From an uncultured delta proteobacterium (GTDB taxonomy: Bacteria > Desulfobacterota > WTBG01 > CAIYCZ01 > CAIRTM01): 64,000 nt of DNA. The DNA is taken from contig CAVRPV010000019.1 in assembly GCA_963723235.1 (NCBI GenBank), positions 18,077 through 82,076 on the forward strand, in the 5' to 3' direction. The notes beneath the pieces were generated by a model that had not been told where the DNA came from, did no database searches, and saw only the letters and a program-made list of their open reading frames with translations. The translations under genes and the position numbers were made by a program. Each line of letters starts with the position of its first letter. The first letter of the stretch is position 1. Shown here one piece after another: positions 10,556 to 18,283 of the stretch.

Positions 10556-11493
10556 ATGGCAGCCGAACAACCCCGCTACTACTCCTTCAACGCTTTCCTG
10601 AGAGAACGCTTCGGCGAACGGGTGCAGAAAATTACGCTCAACGCCCCCTTGAGCTGTCCTAACCGCGATGGTACACGCGGCCTGGGCGGGTGCAGCTACT
10701 GTGACGCCTCCGGGTCCGGAATCGAGGCTGCTGTCCAATCGCCGGATGTACGCGAGCAGGCCCTGCTCGGAATGCAGGCCATGCAACGCCGCTACGGCGC
10801 GAAAAAATTCATTGTCTACTTCCAGTCCTTCTGTAACACCTATGCGCCAACTGAACAGTTGCGCACCCTGTATGACCGGGTTGCAAACCTGCCCGGCATA
10901 GTGGGTCTGTCAATTGCAACCCGGCCCGACTGCCTGAGTACCGAAGTGCTTGATCTGCTGTCAGAATATGCCGAACGCATGATGGTCTGGCTGGAATTGG
11001 GTCTGCAAAGCGCGCATGATGAAACCCTGGCGCGTATCAACCGCGGCCACACCTGGGCTGAATTTCTGGAGGGCTATGAGCGTGCCCGGCGCTACCCGCT
11101 GCATATCTGCCCGCATATCATCATCGGGCTGCCGGGCGAAACCGGCGAGCACGTGCGCCACACCACACGTGAACTGGTTCGGCTGAAACCCGACGGACTA
11201 AAAATTCACTGCCTCTATATTTACAAAGACACAACCCTTGAAAAAGAATATCTCCGGGATGAATTTCAACCGATATCACAGGAAGAATTTGTCTCTCAGG
11301 CCTGCGATGTACTGGAGCAGATCCGCCCGACACGGTCATTCAGCGCCTGACCAGCGATCCGTGGGAAAGCCGCCTTGTGGCACCCGTTTGGGCCCTTCAG
11401 AAACAGGCGATTCTGCGGGCCATTGAACAGGAACTCACGCGGCGCAACACCCGGCAGGGACAGTACTGGAAAGCAGCGCCGATGGACACCTAA
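10556..11493 (+). pseudogene. TIGR01212/YhcC-family radical SAM protein, frame break near 11318-11325
   Basis: The N-terminus YYSFNAFLRERFGERVQKITLNA..SCPNRDG...GCSYC is typical of TIGR01212. The ORF stops at 11350, but the conserved tail QRLTSDPWESRLVAPVWALQKQAILRAIEQEL... continues in the frame starting at 11341 and ends at 11493. Confidence 0.75.
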
Positions 11494-11498
11494 AAAAA

Positions 11499-11555
11499 GT
11501 AGGGTGGACCTGCGCAGCATTTCCAGCAGAAATGTCCCGGTGGACACGCTGTACC
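11499..11555. repeat. Family-3 GTAG-headed REP-like unit, partial (GTGGAC class)
   Basis: GTAGGGTGGACCTGCGCAGC...CCGGTGGACACGCTGTACC. It lacks the closing CCACCCTAC. Confidence 0.6.
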
Positions 11556-11625
11556 GCTTTTTTCATAAGAGCGCCCGCATAAGCTGTGATTGAACATACT
11601 CACTCTCAACACCCAATTGAAGTTG

Positions 11626-12086
11626 TTATAAAGTGATTTCAAAAACCGAAGCATCCTGCAAACTGCTTACCAGGATGTAGCGAGCGACGCGAACCTGCAT
11701 CAGCGCGCATTCAGGGGAATATATGAAATCCTTCAGTTCGGCGTGCCGATTGGCATGGCGGCCTTTAAGCACGTCCTCTTCCTGCGGCCCGACCGGCACA
11801 ACCGCGCCGACTGCGGTCACAACCATGCCGGAAGTGAAACCGAAGCCGCTGCGCATGCGGTCATCGACAAGCAGGGACACGTTGGGGTTACGCATCATGT
11901 TGGCGTACTTGCTGGTGCTGCGCGGGGTTGTAAAAATAATCGTCTGCAGGTCATCCGAGGGCGTAAAGCCACCAGGTTGCAGTAGGGGCTTTCCTGCGAC
12001 ACGGTGGCGAGAATTGCGAGACGCTGCTCGTTGAGCAGGCCCGCGATTGCGGCTCTCATTGCGTTGCGGTCGGGTTTCATGGACAT
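11626..12086 (-). pseudogene. Pyridoxamine 5'-phosphate oxidase-like FMN-binding protein, frame break near 11960-11970
   Basis: ORF 11895..12086 (…LAILATVSQESPYCNLVA) continues in the frame of ORF 11626..11898 as FTPSDDLQTIIFTTPRSTSKYANMMRNPNVSLLVDD... Confidence 0.7.
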
Positions 12087-12127
12087 CCTTTCCTATTTCA
12101 ATACATGCTCGTGCCTAATTCAAGCAC

Positions 12128-12199
12128 GTAGGGTGGACTCGCGAAGCGTGTCCACCATTAACATTAAACCGGTGGACGTGCTATGCAAGTCCACCCTAC
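12128..12199. repeat. Family-3 REP doublet (REPIN-like), GTGGAC class
   Basis: GTAGGGTGGACTCGCGAAGCGTGTCCACC ... GGTGGACGTGCTATGCAAGTCCACCCTAC, two inverted GTAG-headed palindromic units. Confidence 0.8.
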
Positions 12200-12236
12200 A
12201 TTTACACAAGTCCAAATTCTAAAACATGCTTACCCG

Positions 12237-12358
12237 GGCTGTTCAAAAATGCTCAGATGCAAGGCGCACGAAGTCATGAGGACATGAGGCGTACTTTTCC
12301 GTACGCCGCAAAGACGAATGATGAGCGCAACGCAGCAGATGGGCGTTTTTCAACAGCC
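12237..12358 (+). repeat. Family-1 element, copy C (basic variant)
   Basis: GGCTGTTCAAAAATGCTCAGATGCAAGGCGCACGAAGTCATGAGGACATGAGGCGTACTTTTCCGTACGCCGC...CGCAGCAGATGGGCGTTTTTCAACAGCC. The last base overlaps the stop codon of the downstream minus-strand gene. Confidence 0.9.
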
Positions 12359-13328
12359 TAGACATGATTTCGCAGCTTGAGCTCCATTGGATGCGGGTTC
12401 AGATAATACTGCCCGGCCAGGTAGGCCTCGCCGTATTTGCGAACATAGTGGTTTATCAAGGTTACCGGCACAATCAGGGGCACCTGCTCGCAGTGATACT
12501 GCTCAATAATCTCCAGCATTTCCTTTTTTTCATCCGGCGAAAGCTGCGTCTTGAAATAGCCCATCATGTGCTGCAGCACGTTGACATGCTTTTTGACTGT
12601 TGGCCTTCAATGCCAGTGCCTCCATCAACAGCGCTTGGTAGCGTGCGCGCGCCTCAACTGTCTTGAGGGCCTTGCCCTGCGCCACAAGTCGGCCCATCTC
12701 GCGGTAATGCATTGTACTGTGAGATAAAATCAGCAGTTTATGCCGGGTATGGAAGTCAATAACTGCGCCGGCACCGGAACCGGCGGCAAGCATCGCGCGC
12801 CAACGCTGGTAGACAAAGATACGCTCGATGAAATTTTCGCGCAGCACCGGATCGTGCAGACGGCCTTCTTCCTCGCAGGGCAACAGGGGAAAATGCTCCA
12901 TGAAGGCCCGCGCGAACATGCCCACCCCGTTGTGCGCCGGGATGCCGTTCTCTTCGCTGTATACCTTGACGCGCTCCATGCCGCTGCTGGGGGATTTGCT
13001 CTTGAAGATAAAGCCGCACAGGTCTTCTGCCTCAAGCTCGCGCACACGTCATGCGGGCCCAGGACTGCATCTGTGCGGTAAGGTCTTTCTTCGTGCTGAT
13101 CGTAACCAGGCGCGGAGCATCGGCAGTGCCCACAAGGCGCATGGCCTCGCGCGGCACGGAAAGTCCGCATTCCACCTCGGGGCATACGGGCACGTAGGTT
13201 ACGTAGCGGCCGAGCGTGTCGGTCAGGAACCGGTCGTGCTGATGTCCGCCGTCATAGCGCACATTCTGGCCCAGCAGGCAGGCGCTGATGCCCAGGCGAA
13301 TCGGCGATGAATTATCATTGAATTCCAT
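12358..13328 (-). pseudogene. DUF523 (YbbK/TudS-like) + DUF1722 fusion protein, two frame breaks
   Basis: Three ORFs (13032..13415, 12530..13045, 12358..12579) join into MEFNDNSSPIRLGISACLLGQNVRYDGG... / RELEAEDLCGFIFKSKSPS... / VKKHVNVLQHMMGYFKTQLSPDEKKEML... Breaks near 13046-13050 and about 12603. ATG at 13328. Confidence 0.75.
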
Positions 13329-13421
13329 AAGATACAAACCCCTGGGTGTGCCGTGCGCACCGATCCACAAAAACGAAGCAAAGGGTGCGCACGGCGAACC
13401 CTGTAACCTGTGCACAATGCG

Positions 13422-14740
13422 TTACGGTACAACTTCAATCTCACCAAAGCAGCTTCCAACCCAAATCGGAACAGTGCCCGGCCTGAGACCTGCAGGCACA
13501 ATCGCCTCAACCTTCAGGCGGTTCTTTTTCCTGTTAAAGGACTTTTTCCTCCATGTAAGCGGACCCAGATCAATCCGGGAGTACATATCAAAGTCCTCAT
13601 CGCCGGTGATCTCCAATACAACCTTTCTGGGTTTAAACAGTTTCGCGTACTGTATCTTTTTATGCTCGATATCCAGCGCGCACGCACCAACGCATTCTGT
13701 TGTTTCAGGATAATGCGCAAGGGCATCCAGCTTTTTTTCATCCGGCTCAAAAAAGGAGAATGTCTTGCCAATCAACGTACGATTAAGCTCATAGGTATAA
13801 TCAATAAAGTCGCCTGCAACATTGCCCGACAGATCTTCCTGAACATCCAAAACCCTGACAGGCGTTTGGCAGGAAAAATCAAAAGAGCTCATATCAAAAT
13901 ATCGAATGTTTGTATTATCAATCGTATGAAAACTAATGCGGCGATGCTGCACATCGTAGGCGATACTCCATTGGTTGATCGCGAGCCTTGTCAGATTTAA
14001 AATATTAAATGTGTAATCAATTGCAGGTCCGGATGTTTCCGGATCATAGTCTTCCAGCATCTCCGCTGCCGTACAAAAATTTCACCGAAGAAGGCATATC
14101 CGCCACTTGTATCTCTTCATTTTCGCAATATTCGAGTTCTGTCGAATATATGTCGTTTCTAAGCATTTTAACAGGCATCGTTTCCTGTGCTGTTTGATGC
14201 ACCACCAATACTCCATCGAGGAACTCAATAGAGGCACAATTCCCCAGACTGTCACATATAAAAAAGTGATATTGCCGCCTGGCCGCTGATTCTCATTTCT
14301 GCATCGCTTGCGATCACATCTGCCACTGTCGCTGCAGTGTCAAGCTGATACTGAACCCATTGGATGGCTGGAATGGCCGGACGTGCATCAGGAGCCGGAT
14401 ATTCGGTTTGTTCAAGATACATGGCGCTGACGACTAAGCCGGCTTCATTCATCCCTTCAAAGGCAAATTCCCGTCCCCAGGGATTGAATGTTACGCTGCC
14501 GTATTTTGAGGTCCAGCTTACAGGCTTTCCCCCGGTCCAATCCCGGGGTAAAACGGCTATTTTTGAGACATTTCTTTTGTTGACGATTATTAAACCATCA
14601 CTGGTAAGCCAGTCAAAATTTTTACCGACCACGAGTTCATCATGGGTATCGAGACAGAACGTTGTACATGCATGGCTGGCTTGCGGCAGGAAAACTGCAA
14701 TAAAGATACAGCAGAAAAAAAATAGTCGTTGGTATTTCAT
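13422..14740 (-). pseudogene. Choloylglycine hydrolase / linear amide C-N hydrolase (Ntn) family protein, two frame breaks
   Basis: Signal peptide followed by a nucleophile Cys (SHACTTFCL). The ORF 14252..14740 stops, and the middle part HFFICDSLGNCASIEFLDGVLVVHQT... is in a third frame. ORF 13422..14060 supplies the C-terminal half. Breaks near 14265 and 14058. The gene is visibly AT-richer than its neighbours. Confidence 0.75.
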
Positions 14741-14827
14741 CCTATCCTCCTCCTGTATAATTCGTTTCTATGTGTACGGCAGGTGCCTGGCTCGCTGGCC
14801 GCTTTAACGAAAAGTCAAAATTGCGGG

Positions 14828-15319
14828 TTACTCCTTATACGCCTGTATCCACTCAATCTCGAGCTTAAATGCCCCAGCCTGCTTGTCGGCGATCAGGAAG
14901 CCTATGGCCTGAATAACACCGGGATTAAGCGGCGGCGCCTCAGGAGACGGTTGCCCCCGGAACGATGCCTTAAATTCACTAAAAGGCGCCTTGATAATCA
15001 TCCACTCGTTAGACGAAACCGCAAAACGGAACTGGTAGGAAAAGCCGCCGAAAGATGCATCGTTCTTCAGGGTCAGCTTGTAGGTTCTGCCGTCGCCTTT
15101 GCAGCGCACGGCAATGCCGCTGAATGCCGAGGCATCCACGGGCACGGCCTGACGCGAACTTGCCGAGCAGAAGCCGCCGTAATTCTCAAGCGACACCACT
15201 CCGGCGAACACGGCCCCGGACGAATCGGCCTTCGTGAACGTGCTGCGCGACACGCCGCCCATAACGCCGTCGTTAATTACCTTCCACTGCTGCAGCTGCT
15301 CGTCGCGTGGAAAAATCAT
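14828..15319 (-). CDS. CIA30 (complex I intermediate-associated protein 30) domain protein
   Basis: 163 aa. WKVINDGVMGGVS...FAGVVSLENYGGFCS pattern typical of the CIA30 family. Confidence 0.75.
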   Translation of the reverse strand: MIFPRDEQLQQWKVINDGVMGGVSRSTFTKADSSGAVFAGVVSLENYGGFCSASSRQAVPVDASAFSGIAVRCKGDGRTYKLTLKNDASFGGFSYQFRFAVSSNEWMIIKAPFSEFKASFRGQPSPEAPPLNPGVIQAIGFLIADKQAGAFKLEIEWIQAYKE

Positions 15320-15436
15320 AAACCATCATCATGCGTGCATCGGACATGGCACTCTCCCCTGAAAACAAATCCTTGCGCATGCTGCCACTATAGGCGGCAT
15401 TTTCACAGGTCGCCTCTATACGCGGCCCAACCCGAG

Positions 15437-15452
15437 ATTTTTCAACAGCCTG
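15437..15452 (+). repeat. Family-1 solo right arm
   Basis: ATTTTTCAACAGCCTG, 7 nt from the stop of the gene at 15460. The sequence upstream has no convincing match to the element core. Confidence 0.5.
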
Positions 15453-15459
15453 TTAAGGC

Positions 15460-16221
15460 TTAGAACTCCGCCGAGGGCGGATAGCTCAGATCCACCAGAA
15501 CGCCGGGCGGTATGCCGACGCCAAGTCCCATTTTCACGGCCACATCCTGCAGGGTAAGATACTCAAGCCAGCGCCCGTTCCTGCGAAGCTTCTGTTTTAC
15601 CTCGGCCTGTGTATAGGGCCTGTCCTTGCTGCCTTCAAGCACATACATATAGCCGTCAAAAAATGCGCGGTACGCGGCGATAAAAAGATCGAGCTTCTCC
15701 GGGCCAAGGTGCATGAGCCTGCACCCGGCCTCCGCCGCAAGCGATGCACCCCAGTGCTCCATGCGATAATGATCGGCGAGGCCCGCGCGCAGGGCCTTTG
15801 TATCAACGCCGAATGTTTCGGCAACACAGTCCATGGCCGTGCGGGCAGCCGCATACGTTTGAGGGTCAGAAACTGCCGGAAAAACATCAAGCATCATATG
15901 ATAGGGGCCCTCGCCGGTCATGCCCCATTCCGTATTGAAATGGCCCATGGGGCACCAGGGGTTTACCGGAAAAATCTCCACCTGAAAGACCATGTAGTCA
16001 ATCACCCGGTCCAGCTCCGGCGGCTTCACCTGGTTGAGCTTCATGTGGGTAACGCTTGCCTTCTCTATGCAGCCGCCCCGAATGACGGCGACATCGGCCT
16101 GGCCCACCTTGAACGGCACGGTTGTGCGAACCAGCTCGCCGCCGCCCGAGGCCTCAAGCAAAGCCCGGATAACCGATTCGCGCGTTTCTTCGACAAACGA
16201 GAAGATTTTCTGGTCTTTCAT
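15460..16221 (-). CDS. Coproporphyrinogen III oxidase (HemF)-like family protein, divergent and short
   Basis: 253 aa. It aligns by eye to HemF blocks: VIRGGCIEKASV (cf. VLRNGGVFEQAGV), PVNPWCPMGHFN (cf. PHNPYVPTSHAN), RRNGRWLEYLTL...LVDLSYPP (cf. RRGRYVEFNLV...ILMSMPP). The central RGIGGLFFD block is not conserved. Confidence 0.55.
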   Translation of the reverse strand: MKDQKIFSFVEETRESVIRALLEASGGGELVRTTVPFKVGQADVAVIRGGCIEKASVTHMKLNQVKPPELDRVIDYMVFQVEIFPVNPWCPMGHFNTEWGMTGEGPYHMMLDVFPAVSDPQTYAAARTAMDCVAETFGVDTKALRAGLADHYRMEHWGASLAAEAGCRLMHLGPEKLDLFIAAYRAFFDGYMYVLEGSKDRPYTQAEVKQKLRRNGRWLEYLTLQDVAVKMGLGVGIPPGVLVDLSYPPSAEF

Positions 16222-16384
16222 TGTGGTATCTTTCTGCAGAAATCACATCAGCGTCTTTCCGGACTCCCCTCCCCCGGTACAGGCATCTATTGAGAACAGC
16301 CCCATTGAGCTGCTCTCCCATTACAGTTCCAACGGCTCGCTGAATGCCGCAGCTGCATGAGCGGCTTTCTTTGAAGTTCCGTAC

Positions 16385-17074
16385 CTAGTTCTTCTCGCTG
16401 CCAATGAAACGATAGATCAAAGCACCGAGAATAGCCCCAACAATCGGGGCCAGCCAGAAAAGCCACAGCTGTGAAACCGCCCAACCACCGACAAATAGGG
16501 CAACACCGGTACTGCGTGCAGGGTTAACGGAGGTGTTTGTAACCGGTATGCTGATCAGGTGGATGAGCGTCAGGCAAAAGCCGATTGCAATCGGTGCCAT
16601 GCCCTGCGGCGCGCGCTTGTCTGTAGCGCCGAGAATAACGAAGAGAAACATCATGGTCATGACGACTTCAGTAATCAGTGCAGCCAGCAGACCATATCCG
16701 CCCGGGGAATGTTCACCGTAGCCGTTTGAAGCAAAGCCTGCAGACAGCTCAAAACCCGCCTTACCGCTGGCAATGAGATACAATACACCGCCAGCTACAA
16801 TCCCGCCCAGAACCTGGGCAATGATGTAGGGCAGCAGCTCTTTGCCCGGGAAACGACCACCGGCCCAGAGACCAAAAGAAACCGCAGGGTTGAGATGACA
16901 GCCGGATATGTGCCCGATAGCGAAGGCCATCGTCATGACAGTCAAGCCAAATGCCAGTGCAACGCCAAGCAAACCAATGCCCACATTCGGGAACGCGGCT
17001 GCCAGAACAGCACTGCCGCATCCGCCTAACACCAGCCAGAAAGTTCCAATGAATTCAGCACAATACTTTTTCAT
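16385..17074 (-). CDS. aqpZ: Aquaporin Z
   Basis: 229 aa. Two NPA boxes (HLNPAVS, SVNPARS) and an AqpZ-like sequence throughout. Confidence 0.93.
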   Translation of the reverse strand: MKKYCAEFIGTFWLVLGGCGSAVLAAAFPNVGIGLLGVALAFGLTVMTMAFAIGHISGCHLNPAVSFGLWAGGRFPGKELLPYIIAQVLGGIVAGGVLYLIASGKAGFELSAGFASNGYGEHSPGGYGLLAALITEVVMTMMFLFVILGATDKRAPQGMAPIAIGFCLTLIHLISIPVTNTSVNPARSTGVALFVGGWAVSQLWLFWLAPIVGAILGALIYRFIGSEKN

Positions 17075-17198
17075 AGACCCTCCTTTGCCTTGTTAATAAG
17101 AATGTTTTGGTATCAGCCTCCTTTACTTCCTACGCAATTTCCAACCGCTTGTCAACCATACAGAACCATCCCTCGTACCTTTATTTTAGTGGTATGGA

Positions 17199-18152
17199 TC
17201 ACACGCCTTCGCCCAGCAACAGCGCCAGAAGGGCTTTTGCGGTGTGCAGCCTGTTGCCGGCCTCTTCAAACACGACAGAGTTTGCGCCGTCGATAACCTC
17301 ATCCGTCACCTCTTCCCCCCGTCGGGCCGGAAGGCAATGCATGAACACGGCGTCCTGCTTTGCCCAGGACATGACGTCCGCATTGATTTGAAACGGCATG
17401 AAGTCCGCAAGTTTTTTCCTGGTTTCATCCTCGGAAACTTTCGTTCTCTGCATGCTGGTGAACGTAACGCCAACAACGATATCCGCACCCGACATGGCCG
17501 TTCTCAGGTCATGCGTTACCGAAAACGAACCCCCGGTTTCTTTATTGCGTGCATCGATCCATTCTTGTGCAGCCCGGTCAAATGCGTATCCCTGCGGAAT
17601 CGCGCAGGTCATTTCAAGGCCGAAGATTGCGCTCATAATGCCCCAGGAATATGCCATGTTCCAGACATCGCCCACAAAACCGATCTTCAGATCGTGCAGT
17701 CTCCCCTTTTTTTCTCTGATGGTCTGAAGATCGGCCAGAAGCTGCAGCGGATGGCGCTCATTGGTGAGGCCGTTGATCACCGGCCTGGCCATATATGCTG
17801 CGAATTCCTCGATCCGTCGCTGCTCAAACGAGCGGATCACCAGCGCATCGCAGTACTGATCGATCACCCGTGCCGTGTCCGGTATTGACTCGCCCCGTGC
17901 GAGCTGCATTGATGCAGCCTCCATCGGGCACATCGTGATGCCCAGATGAGCGCCGGCAACCAGGAAGGAAAGCCGGGTGCGGGTCGAATGCTTTTCAAAA
18001 ATCATGGCAACCGTTTTCCCGCGCAGCGAGTCATGCGGTTCATGCCTTTTAAGTTTGGCCTTGTATTCGTCGGCAGAATCCAGAATTGCAATGATTTCAT
18101 CTCTGGTGAAATCCTGCAGCGTTAAAAAATCCCGCCCCGTAAATTCGCGCAT
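17199..18152 (-). CDS. Ornithine/aspartate carbamoyltransferase family protein with atypical second-substrate motifs
   Basis: STRTR, HPLQ and HCLP carbamoyl-phosphate/fold motifs are present. The usual DVWxSMG loop reads VTFTSMQ, and GDxxNN reads GDVWNMAYSW. Start taken at MREFTGRDF (18152); an alternative ATG is at 18167. Confidence 0.75.
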   Translation of the reverse strand: MREFTGRDFLTLQDFTRDEIIAILDSADEYKAKLKRHEPHDSLRGKTVAMIFEKHSTRTRLSFLVAGAHLGITMCPMEAASMQLARGESIPDTARVIDQYCDALVIRSFEQRRIEEFAAYMARPVINGLTNERHPLQLLADLQTIREKKGRLHDLKIGFVGDVWNMAYSWGIMSAIFGLEMTCAIPQGYAFDRAAQEWIDARNKETGGSFSVTHDLRTAMSGADIVVGVTFTSMQRTKVSEDETRKKLADFMPFQINADVMSWAKQDAVFMHCLPARRGEEVTDEVIDGANSVVFEEAGNRLHTAKALLALLLGEGV

Positions 18153-18283
18153 AGCGCATACCCGCATGATGTACTCGATATGAATCCCGTGGATTCAAGC
18201 GTGCATTTCAACGTGTGCTTGCAGCCGTTTTCCTGAATGGTTGCCTGTACCCGGCTGTATTGTCGTAATCGCCCCTGCTGTTG

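Noticed and set aside
5337-14740. Programmed ribosomal frameshifting as the explanation for the split genes
   Set aside because: The breaks occur in six unrelated gene families. None has a slippery heptamer with a downstream structure, and none belongs to a family known to use recoding (such as prfB, dnaX or IS transposases).
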